Positions 1 through 7,719 of a stretch of 58,562 nucleotides of DNA are shown here, in pieces. The stretch lies in NCBI GenBank assembly GCA_027340875.1, contig DAIENX010000009.1, positions 1 through 58,562 on the forward strand, in the 5' to 3' direction. The DNA comes from Elusimicrobiota bacterium (GTDB lineage: Bacteria > Elusimicrobiota > Elusimicrobia > Elusimicrobiales > UBA9959). The position numbers were made by a program, and so were the translations under genes. The notes under the pieces were generated by a model, which saw only the letters and a list, made by a program, of their open reading frames with translations, was not told the origin of the DNA and searched no databases. The stretch's first letter is position 1. The number at the start of each line of letters is the position of its first letter.

Positions 1-134
1 ACACTAGAGCACGGGGCCGAAGCCCCGAGTCTTGGGGGTTTGGGTTAGGGGGGCGTGCCGTACAGCGCCGGAGATCTTTTGTGCCGCTTAGGGAGCTTCG
101 CTCCGCCGCGGTCTTTATAGAGAGCCTGACTACG
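1..134 (-). ncRNA. Candidate structured small RNA, copy 1 (3' end runs off the left edge)
   Basis: 3-78 matches 293-368 at 73/76 nt. On the minus strand: C-rich stretch, GGGGC-UUCG-GCCCC hairpin and closing stem with pairing-preserving substitutions. Own putative -10 (TAAACT) at 140-145. Confidence 0.55.
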
Positions 135-139
135 CTTAT

Positions 140-193
140 AGTTTACGAAAAGCGGTTCAAGAAGCAATCAAATGGGGCTCAAGAGCCGCTCAA
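140..193 (-). promoter_or_regulatory. Putative activator-dependent promoter with four phased TTGA boxes (copy 1)
   Basis: TCAA on + at 157, 168, 179 and 190 (exact 11-bp period); -10-like TAAACT on minus at 140-145. Confidence 0.55.
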
Positions 194-197
194 AAAT

Positions 198-266
198 TCG
201 CCCCGCCGGTCTCTGGTCGCCTGACTTAGGTCTGAAAGGGGGACTGAAGGAGATGCCCGGCGGGGC
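198..266. repeat. Palindromic spacer element between the two sRNA units
   Basis: Terminal inverted arms GCCCCGCCGG ... CCGGCGGGGC. Confidence 0.4.
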
Positions 267-269
267 TTC

Positions 270-384
270 AAAAATTGACCAGCGCTGCAGGTACTAGAGC
301 ACGGGGCCGAAGCCCCGAGTCTTGGGGGTTTGGGTTAGGGGGGCGCACCGTACAGCGCTGGAGATCTTAAAGAGCTTGGCTACA
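270..384 (-). ncRNA. Candidate structured small RNA, copy 2 (about 110 nt)
   Basis: Closing stem 345-361 pairs with 279-294; C-rich segment 323-343; UUCG hairpin 302-317; U5 tract at 270-274; -10 TATACT at 390-395. Confidence 0.6.
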
Positions 385-389
385 GATAA

Positions 390-443
390 AGTATAGGAAA
401 AGGCGTTCAAGAAGCGCTCAAATGAGGTTCAAAAGACGCTCAA
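390..443 (-). promoter_or_regulatory. Putative activator-dependent promoter with four phased TTGA boxes (copy 2)
   Basis: TCAA on + at 407, 418, 429 and 440; -10 TATACT on minus at 390-395; same geometry as copy 1 (250-bp offset). Confidence 0.6.
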
Positions 444-539
444 TCTTCAGGGAACGCCGTTTTTCCGTCGGGTGACGCTCGGCCTGCGGCGCATAATTTC
501 CTAGAATATCCACCGGCGGCCAGGGCGGCCGCCGCGGAT

Positions 540-2615
540 ATGTCATCCATACAGTTCTTGAAAGGCGTGGGCCCCAAGAAAGCCGAGCTGTTCGGCCGGC
601 TTGGCGTGGAGACGCTCGACGACCTGCTGTTCTATTTCCCGCGCGGCTGGGAGGACCGCCGCCTGCCCGGGCGGAAGGAGCCGCTTCCTTTCCTGCAGGA
701 CGCGCCTGTGATAAAAGGACGCATAAAGCGCGTCCGCGACATGTATACGGCCGGCCGCCTGCGCATCTTCAAGGTCTTCCTCGATACCCCGTCCGGGGAG
801 GCGGAGGCCAGCTTCTTCAAGAGGCACAGCCCGCGCTTCGACGTCTTCGCCCCGCTGCGCAAGGACCTGAAGGAGGGGCGCGAGGTATGGATCACCGGCA
901 GGCCGGAAGACCCTCTCTTCCTGAGCCGCATAAGCGCGGAGGAGTACTACCTGGACGACGACCCGCGCGCCCTGAAGATGCATATAGGACGTATAGTGCC
1001 GGTCTACCCGCTCACAGATGGCCTGACGGCTAAGTTCATGCGTGAGGCCGTCTACGAGGCGGTGCAGGCCGGGCACGAGGCGGTGGCCGATTTCCTGCCC
1101 GCGGAACTTGCCGCCGGCCGGGGCCTGCTGGCGCGGGACGCGGCCGCGAAGGCCATCCATTTCCCGGAGAACAATTTCGAACTGTCACAGGCCAGGCGCC
1201 GGTTCATCTACGAGGAGCTGCTGCTGCTGTCGCTGGCCTGGGCCATAAAGAAACGCCAGACGCGCGGTGTGGAGAAAGGGTTCTCCTATGACGTGAAGAA
1301 GACGCTGCTTTCTCCGTTCAGGGAGAACCTGGGCTTCCAGTTCACCGCCGCTCAGGCGCACGCGATAAACGAGATCTTCACCGACATGCGGGCCCCGACC
1401 CCGATGGCCAGGCTGCTCGAGGGGGACGTCGGTTCGGGCAAGACGGTGGTGGCTCTTTCCGCCATGCTGCTGGCGGCCGAGAACGGCGGGCAGAGCGTCT
1501 TTGCGGCCCCCACGGAGATCCTGGCCGAACAGCATTACCTGACCTTCGAGAGGTTTCTTAAGGGGCTCGGCGTTCGTTTCGCCCTGCTGAAAGGCAGAAT
1601 GAAGGCCTCCGAGAAGAAGAGCATACTGGCCGACCTGGCGGAAGGGAAGATAGACATACTGCTGGGTACGCACGCCGTCATCGGGGAAGGTGTGCATTTC
1701 AAGAACCTGCGGCTGGTGGTCATAGACGAGCAGCACCGCTTCGGCGTGCGTCAGCGCGCGGCCCTGCGCGCCAAGGGCGATCGCGCCGACATGCTGATCA
1801 TGACCGCCACGCCCATCCCGCGCACCCTGTTCCTGGCCCTTTACGGCGACCTGGACCTTTCCGTCATAAAGGAGATGCCGCCCGGCAGGAAGCCTGTAAA
1901 GACCGCGGAAGCCACGGAGGACGTGGCCTTCATGGCCGCCAAGGACGAGGTCGCTAAGGGCAGGCAGGTATACATAGTCTACCCGGTCATAGAGGAGACG
2001 GTCGAGGCCGATATGAAGTCGGTAAAGGCCGAGTTCGAACGGCTGAAGACGCTGTTCAGGGGACGGCGGGTGGACATGCTGCACGGCCGCATGCCGGGCG
2101 AGCTGAAAAAACAGGTGATGGATGATTTCGCGGCCGGCCGCACCGACGTACTAGTGGCCACGCAGGTCATAGAGGTGGGCATAGACGTGCCGAACGCCAC
2201 TCTTATGGTGATAAACAACGCCGAGCGCTACGGGCTCGCCAGCCTGCACCAGCTGCGCGGCCGCGTAGGCCGCGGCCGGCACGATTCCCGCTGCCTGCTG
2301 GTGGCCCACGGGCGCAGCGGGGATTCTGCGGAGCGCCTGCGGGCCATGGTACAGAGTTCCAACGGCTTCGAGCTGAGCGAGAAGGATATCTATATCCGGG
2401 GCGCCGGCGAGATACTTGGCGTGCGACAGCACGGTGACATGGACCTGAAGCTGGCGGACATGGGCCGGGATAAGGAAGTGCTGGAGCAGGCGCTGGCCGA
2501 CCGCGACGCGATACTCGCCGCCGACCCCGACCTGCAGACGCCGGAGAATACCCGCCTGCACCGGAAGCTGCGGGACCTCTACGCCTCCCGCTGGAACCTG
2601 ATAGACCTGGCCTGA
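540..2615 (+). CDS. recG: ATP-dependent DNA helicase RecG
   Basis: LKGVGPK N-terminus, GDVGSGKT Walker A, DEQH box, TATPIPRT, QLRGRVGR and RGAGEILG motifs. Confidence 0.97.
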   Translation: MSSIQFLKGVGPKKAELFGRLGVETLDDLLFYFPRGWEDRRLPGRKEPLPFLQDAPVIKGRIKRVRDMYTAGRLRIFKVFLDTPSGEAEASFFKRHSPRFDVFAPLRKDLKEGREVWITGRPEDPLFLSRISAEEYYLDDDPRALKMHIGRIVPVYPLTDGLTAKFMREAVYEAVQAGHEAVADFLPAELAAGRGLLARDAAAKAIHFPENNFELSQARRRFIYEELLLLSLAWAIKKRQTRGVEKGFSYDVKKTLLSPFRENLGFQFTAAQAHAINEIFTDMRAPTPMARLLEGDVGSGKTVVALSAMLLAAENGGQSVFAAPTEILAEQHYLTFERFLKGLGVRFALLKGRMKASEKKSILADLAEGKIDILLGTHAVIGEGVHFKNLRLVVIDEQHRFGVRQRAALRAKGDRADMLIMTATPIPRTLFLALYGDLDLSVIKEMPPGRKPVKTAEATEDVAFMAAKDEVAKGRQVYIVYPVIEETVEADMKSVKAEFERLKTLFRGRRVDMLHGRMPGELKKQVMDDFAAGRTDVLVATQVIEVGIDVPNATLMVINNAERYGLASLHQLRGRVGRGRHDSRCLLVAHGRSGDSAERLRAMVQSSNGFELSEKDIYIRGAGEILGVRQHGDMDLKLADMGRDKEVLEQALADRDAILAADPDLQTPENTRLHRKLRDLYASRWNLIDLA

Positions 2616-2618
2616 ACG

Positions 2619-2741
2619 GGCTGCGGGGTTTGTTCCCCGGCTCCTGTGCAGAGGGGAACCGTTGCGCGGTTCCCCCCGCCCGGGGGAAATTACGGGCGGG
2701 CCCCCCTTCCCCAAAGTCGCCAGGGCCCAAACCCCGCAGCC
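2619..2741. repeat. Intergenic palindromic repeat, family A copy 1
   Basis: 81-bp core 2640-2720 matches the reverse complement of 14888-14968 (77/81); enclosed by stem GGCTGCGGGGTTTG/CAAACCCCGCAGCC. Confidence 0.85.
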
Positions 2742-2750
2742 TTAACAAAT

Positions 2751-2784
2751 AAAAGGCCCCGCGCCGTGAAGCGCGGGGCCCTTT
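2751..2784. terminator. Bidirectional intrinsic terminator between recG and the pilin gene
   Basis: AAAA-GGCCCCGCGC-loop-GCGCGGGGCC-CTTT between convergent genes. Confidence 0.75.
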
Positions 2785-2797
2785 GCCTTCTCCTCCC

Positions 2798-3259
2798 TTA
2801 GAAGGTCGACCACGGGGTCGTGAGCGTGGTGCTGTCGCGGCCCTTTATGTCCTCGTGGGTGCAGCTGACTACGAAGTTGCCCCAGGTGGCTGCGCTGGTC
2901 GGGTCGTTGAAGTAGGCCCAGCCCGCGCCGTCGGTAACCGCGCCGCCGCCGGTAACGGCGGAGACGGTGTTGGAGTCCAGGTGCCCGGTGCCCGGCATCT
3001 TGGCCTGCGGTATCTCAGCGATATACTTCGCGTTGAGAGTTATGCAGGCCAGCGTGTCGGCCGGGAACCAGCCCTCGTTGTCTCCGTAGTACACCTGAAT
3101 AGCGCTGCGTACCGAGGACAGCGCGCCTTTCGTCGCGCCCTCCTTGGACTTGTTGATCAGGTCGGCGAACTTGGGTATCGCTATTGCCGCCAGGATACCT
3201 ATGATCGCCACCACTATCATCAGCTCTATCAGGGTGAACCCCTTTCTCATGTTCTTCAT
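2798..3259 (-). CDS. Type IV pilin / prepilin-type N-terminal methylation domain protein
   Basis: [31 protein letters not shown] class III signal peptide with Glu+5; GGAGG SD upstream of the ATG at 3259; Cys pair in the head domain. Confidence 0.93.
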   Translation of the reverse strand: MKNMRKGFTLIELMIVVAIIGILAAIAIPKFADLINKSKEGATKGALSSVRSAIQVYYGDNEGWFPADTLACITLNAKYIAEIPQAKMPGTGHLDSNTVSAVTGGGAVTDGAGWAYFNDPTSAATWGNFVVSCTHEDIKGRDSTTLTTPWSTF

Positions 3260-3561
3260 TGCTCTTCCTCCTGTCTCTGCTGTCTGGCAGTACACCCCCG
3301 GGATAATTTAAAGATAAGGCCCGGGGAGCCGCTGTCACGAATATAGCTTAACAGCGGATGTTCAAAACATTGTCAAATCGTGCAAAAGTTACACAGGCCG
3401 CCAGGCGCCGGCGGCGGTGCTTATAGCCGTTCCGCGGGTGCCGTTGATCAGGGTCGTGGAACCTTCGCTAAACGCGCGCGCGGATGTCAACTATTATTTT
3501 CTCCAATGAGAATAAAGGTTTTTATTGCGGGAAAAACGCGACATAGTGTAAAATATCCGCG

Positions 3562-3608
3562 GTACTACTAATAGTGGTGGGGTCTGTCGGGAACACAATC
3601 TATAGTAG
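3562..3608 (+). promoter_or_regulatory. Tandem NrdR boxes
   Basis: ACACAATCTATAGTAG (3593-3608) fits acaCwAtATaTwGtgt; a weaker GTACTACTAATAGTGG lies 31 bp upstream (typical tandem spacing); located upstream of nrdR-nrdD. Confidence 0.75.
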
Positions 3609-3686
3609 TCTGGCGAGCGCCTAGTATAGTATAGCTCGGCGCCGCCCAGGGGGGCTTTTCGCCCCTGCCACCGGCCTCGAAGAGGC

Positions 3687-3814
3687 CCCCGGCCGGGAAA
3701 CTCGGCCGGGTTTCGGTCCAAGCGCTATGCGCGACAGGACCGAAAGGTTAATGCCGCGCGTATGCGGCCCCGCTATGCGGGGCGAAAGTTTCAGCAGGAA
3801 CTTTCCGGCCGGGG
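3687..3814. repeat. Multi-hairpin palindromic element in the nrdR leader
   Basis: CCCCGGCCGG...CCGGCCGGGG arms enclose hairpins with GCTATGC loops. Confidence 0.6.
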
Positions 3815-3830
3815 ACAGAGAAGACAAGAG

Positions 3831-4292
3831 ATGAAATGTCCGTTCTGCGGAGCCGAAGATACCAAGGTCATAGACAGCCGTGATTCGGCCGAGGCCTTCG
3901 AGATCCGGCGCCGCCGCGAATGCGAGAAATGCGAGAAGAGGTTCACAACCTACGAGCGCATAGAGGCGCATCCGCTGGTAGTGATCAAAAAGGACGGCCG
4001 CCGCGAGGGGTTCTCGCGCGAGAAGGTGATGAACGGCATCATCAAGTCCTGCCAGAAGCGGGACGTCAGCATGGAGAAGATGGAGGAGGCGGGCAGGGAG
4101 ATCGAGAACGCCCTGAGGGAAGAGGATACCAGCGAGATACCCAGCGGTCTTATAGGGGAACTGGTGGCCAGGAAGCTCAAGCGTCTCGACAAGGTCGCAT
4201 ACATAAGGTTCGCGTCCATATACAAGGACTTCGAGGACGTGGAAGATTTCGAGAAAGAGATAAAATCTATAAACAGGAAGTCCGGGCAGTAA
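3831..4292 (+). CDS. nrdR: Transcriptional repressor NrdR
   Basis: MKCPFC...VIDSR...RRRRECEKC..RFTTYE zinc ribbon, ATP cone, VAYIRFASIY; start reassigned to the ATG at 3831. Confidence 0.97.
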   Translation: MKCPFCGAEDTKVIDSRDSAEAFEIRRRRECEKCEKRFTTYERIEAHPLVVIKKDGRREGFSREKVMNGIIKSCQKRDVSMEKMEEAGREIENALREEDTSEIPSGLIGELVARKLKRLDKVAYIRFASIYKDFEDVEDFEKEIKSINRKSGQ

Positions 4293-4321
4293 CAATACCA
4301 ATTAGAGGGGAAAGAGATAAA

Positions 4322-7300
4322 ATGAACGAATTTTTTCCGAAAGTGATCAAGAAGCGCGACGGCAAGGTGGCTCCTTTCAACATAGAGAAGATAAAAGCCG
4401 CCATCTACAAGGCGGCCTATACCCTGGGCGGCCGCGACGAGGAGAAGGCCGTGGACGTGGCCAACGAGGTGGCCCGTCGGCTGAACAATGAATTTACCCT
4501 GAACAGCCGTATTCCGACCGTGGACGACAGCAACGCGATGTGCGTCACCGTGCTGCGCGAGAAGGGTTTCGACCGCACGGCGGACAAGTTCGAGTCCTAC
4601 TCGCTGGACCGCTCCCGCGTGCGCCGCAGCGGCCTTACGGTCAAGAAGAAGAAGGGCAAGGCCGACATCACCGACCAGATGCTGCTGGTGCAGAGCATCA
4701 CGAACGAGACCATAGAGCCGTTCGACCGCGCCAAACTGGCCGAGGCCCTGGAGAAGGAATACGCGCTGACCCCCGACCTGGCCGCCATGATAGCCAAGGA
4801 GACCGAGAACAACGCCTACGAGCTCTCCGAGAAGTACGGCACCAAGTCCTACGATACCCAGTTCCTGCGCCGCATCTCCGAGAGCCACCTCTCGATGATG
4901 GGCATCCCGCTGAAGAACTCCGCCCTCGTCATGCCCATCTCCACGCTTGAGTCCCTGGTGGTCTCCAACAGCAAGGAGAACAGCAACATCACCTCCAACA
5001 ACCCGGAGGCCGTGAACCTCGGAGTGGCCGAGTACGTGCTGAAGCAGTACAACCTGCGCAAGGTCTTCTCCGAGGACGTGGCCGAGGCGCACAACAACGG
5101 CACCGTGCACATCCACGACCTGGGCTATCCCCAGCGCGTCTACTGCTCCAGCCACTCCATCGAGTACATCAAGAAGTACGGCCTCGACAGGATAGTCTCC
5201 AACCTGCAGAACAAGAGCTACCCGGCCAAGTCCGCTATGGTGCTCAACGGCCATATCCAGACCTTCCTGGCCTCCATGCAGAGCCGCTACGCCGGGGCCC
5301 TGGGTTTCGGCTTCCTCAATATCCTCTACGCCCCGATGCTGAACTGCCCCGAGGTCATGGTGGAGGGCGAGCTGGAGGGCAAGCCGGTCCGGATGAAGAA
5401 GGACGCGCTGGAGGCCATGGCCGAGGCCGGCTCGGTCAGCTTCTCGGACGGCACCTCGGTCCCCTACTTCAAGAAGACCGGCGAGGTGCGCGTGCTGTTC
5501 AAGCTCTCCCGCAGGGAGATGCGCCAGATAGCCCAGAACCTGATCTTCTCCGCCAGTCAGAACGCGTTTTCCCGCGGGGGCCAGACGCTGTTCATCGACT
5601 TCAACATCCACACCGGCGTGCCGCAGTACCTGCACAACGTCCCGGCGATGGGCCCCGGCGGCAAGTACATGCTCGAGGACGCCTCCGGCAACATCGAGCT
5701 CGTGGACGAGGCGCCGCGCTTCAAGGGCGTGGCCGGGGATTCCCGCAACGGCGACGTGGTGCACCCTAACGACGGCCGCAAGTTCGTCACCTACGGCGAC
5801 CCGCGCATGGCGAAGACCGCGCAGGAGTTCGCGATAGAGCTGATGAAGGTCTGGGAGGACGGCGACAAGTACGGCATCCAGTTCGCCTTCCCCAAGTGCG
5901 ACCTGCACGTAGGCAAGGACGCCCTCGAGAACCCGGACGAGCGCGAGGTCTACGACTACGGCTGCAAGCTGGCCACCAAGAACGGCTCCACCTACTTCAT
6001 GTTCGACCGCGACGGCGCGGGCGCGACGCTCGCGCAGTGCTGCCGCCTGAAGGAGAAGGTGACCGACCCCGACCTGCTGAAGCGCCCGGAGCGCATCCGC
6101 TTCACCGGCTTCCAGAACGTCACTATCAACCTGCCGCAGGCGGCCTTCAAGGGAAAGACACTGCAGGGCACGCTGGACGAGATAAGCAAGGCGATGGACA
6201 TAGCCATGCAGGCCCATCTGCAGAAGAAGGCCTATACCCAGACCCTGCTGGACACTGACGGCAGCCCGCTCAGGTCGCTTGGCCTGCCCTCCGACGACGG
6301 CACCCCGTACGTGGACCTGAACAAGGCCACCTACATCATGGGTCTGATAGGCCTCAACGAGGTGGTGCAGTACCTGACCGGCAAGGAGCTGCACGAGGGC
6401 AAGGACGCCTACGAGACCGGCCTGCAGGTCATCGACCACATGTACCAGAAGATCAACGAGCTCCGCGCGAAGTGGAACCTTAAGGTGACGCTGGAGGAGA
6501 CGCCCGCCGAGTCCGCCACGCAGAAACTGGCCAAGGGCGACATGGCGCGCTTCCCCGAGGCCAAGAAGGTGGTGAAGGGCGACCTGGTGAAGGCGCCCTA
6601 CTACACCAACTCCATACACCTCAACCCCGGCGCCGACGTGTCGATACTGGACCGCATAGAGCTGCAGTCGAAGTTCCACGACATGATAGAATCCGGCTCG
6701 ATCATCCACGTCTACTGCGGCGAGTCCCAGATCCCGCCGGAGTCCATCGGCACGCTGATCGAGAAGACCTACCGCAACACCCGAGCCTCGCAGGTGACCG
6801 TGTCCCCGGAGTTCACGCACTGCAACGACTGTCACACCAACTACTTCGGCTTCAAGGAGAAGTGCGGCAAGTGCGGCAGCGCCAACGTGACCAAGCGCAC
6901 CAAGATAGTGGGTTATTTCTCCAACCTCTCCGGCTGGAACGACTCGCAGCTCGAGATCAGCCGCGCCCGCGAGGCCGTGGCGCCGCACTACGCCGACCTC
7001 ACGCCCGGCGTGAGCTGGCTGCACGAGAAGGACAGCTCCAAGAAGGTCATGGTGTTCGGCAAGGCGGGCTGCGCCACGTGCGAGGAGGCCAAGACCTGGC
7101 TGACCAAGGCCCTGAAAGAGAAGGGTATGGAGATCCCGGTGGAGTTCCACGACCTGACCAAACCGGAGGCCAGGCTGGCCGCGGCCCGCTGGAACGTCCC
7201 GCTGGACCCCATACCCACCGTGCTGGTGAAGAATAACGGCACCGCCACCCGCTACGAGCTCGAGTTCAAGCGCGGCAAGCCGGTGCGCCGCAGGGAGCCG

Positions 7301-7342
7301 GAGTACGTGAAGATGGTGGAAGGCGCGTACGCGGTGAAGTAG
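4322..7342 (+). CDS. nrdD: Anaerobic (class III) ribonucleotide reductase with C-terminal glutaredoxin/NrdH-like domain
   Basis: N-terminal ATP cone (VIKKRDGK), HIHDL, AQCCRL thiyl loop, ETPAES, YYTNS, CxxC..CxxC zinc site, IVGYF glycyl-radical loop, then VFGKAGCATC redoxin; start reassigned to the ATG at 4322. Confidence 0.95.
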   Translation: MNEFFPKVIKKRDGKVAPFNIEKIKAAIYKAAYTLGGRDEEKAVDVANEVARRLNNEFTLNSRIPTVDDSNAMCVTVLREKGFDRTADKFESYSLDRSRVRRSGLTVKKKKGKADITDQMLLVQSITNETIEPFDRAKLAEALEKEYALTPDLAAMIAKETENNAYELSEKYGTKSYDTQFLRRISESHLSMMGIPLKNSALVMPISTLESLVVSNSKENSNITSNNPEAVNLGVAEYVLKQYNLRKVFSEDVAEAHNNGTVHIHDLGYPQRVYCSSHSIEYIKKYGLDRIVSNLQNKSYPAKSAMVLNGHIQTFLASMQSRYAGALGFGFLNILYAPMLNCPEVMVEGELEGKPVRMKKDALEAMAEAGSVSFSDGTSVPYFKKTGEVRVLFKLSRREMRQIAQNLIFSASQNAFSRGGQTLFIDFNIHTGVPQYLHNVPAMGPGGKYMLEDASGNIELVDEAPRFKGVAGDSRNGDVVHPNDGRKFVTYGDPRMAKTAQEFAIELMKVWEDGDKYGIQFAFPKCDLHVGKDALENPDEREVYDYGCKLATKNGSTYFMFDRDGAGATLAQCCRLKEKVTDPDLLKRPERIRFTGFQNVTINLPQAAFKGKTLQGTLDEISKAMDIAMQAHLQKKAYTQTLLDTDGSPLRSLGLPSDDGTPYVDLNKATYIMGLIGLNEVVQYLTGKELHEGKDAYETGLQVIDHMYQKINELRAKWNLKVTLEETPAESATQKLAKGDMARFPEAKKVVKGDLVKAPYYTNSIHLNPGADVSILDRIELQSKFHDMIESGSIIHVYCGESQIPPESIGTLIEKTYRNTRASQVTVSPEFTHCNDCHTNYFGFKEKCGKCGSANVTKRTKIVGYFSNLSGWNDSQLEISRAREAVAPHYADLTPGVSWLHEKDSSKKVMVFGKAGCATCEEAKTWLTKALKEKGMEIPVEFHDLTKPEARLAAARWNVPLDPIPTVLVKNNGTATRYELEFKRGKPVRRREPEYVKMVEGAYAVK

Positions 7343-7350
7343 GCGTACGT

Positions 7351-7685
7351 CAGGGGACCGGAACGCGAAACACGTGGTCGGCTACACCGTAGCCGCCACT
7401 CCCCACTCCCTCGCCGCGCTACGCAAGCGGCTCGGTCCGTGAGGGTTTCGCTAACCCGGTCCCCTGCCGTCCGCAGAAGATGATGAATAATGTGGGCTGG
7501 CGAGGGCACGGGTACGGAAGGCCCTCGCGCAGGGCGAGGCTTACGCAAGGCCGTCTGATGCGCATAGCGCCTGATACGGCACGGCCATAGGCCAGAGCCG
7601 AGCCCGGGTGGAGCGAAGCGACACCGCAGTGCGGGAGCGCGGCCACGGTGTGGCCGATAGCGTGCCTGACGGACCCGTGCCCTCG
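7351..7685. repeat. Composite palindromic repeat cluster (family B modules) between nrdD and nrdG
   Basis: CAGGGGACCGG...CCGGTCCCCTG stem; internal ACTCCCTCGCCGCGCTACGCAAGCGGC is the reverse complement of the family-B core; GTGGAGCGAAGCGACACCGCAGTG also occurs near 14237. Confidence 0.75.
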
Positions 7686-7719
7686 ACAGACCCCTGACTT
7701 TGCTTCTTGTGCTTAAATT

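Noticed and set aside
23..53. Telomere-like GGGTTAGGG / G-quadruplex
   Set aside because: A single TTAGGG per unit; better explained as the complement of the C-rich loop of a minus-strand RNA.
1..443. CRISPR array at the left-edge repeats
   Set aside because: Only two long units (76-bp core plus a promoter block), no 25-45 bp repeat-spacer periodicity, and no cas genes.
3920..4321. N-terminal extension of NrdD overlapping nrdR, or an NrdR-NrdD frameshift fusion
   Set aside because: The extension is an off-frame reading of nrdR; the ATP cone starts at ATG 4322 after a purine-rich SD-like stretch, and nrdR has its own stop.
5340..5800. Intein in NrdD (insertions, one starting with Cys)
   Set aside because: The insertions are only about 40-55 aa and lack the terminal His-Asn and block B motifs.
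3950..7150. 1066-aa antisense ORF, and similar long shadow ORFs such as 22776-25382, 48383-50308 and 57224-58459
   Set aside because: They mirror well-supported genes on the opposite strand, which is expected from high-GC codon bias, and show no recognisable motifs.
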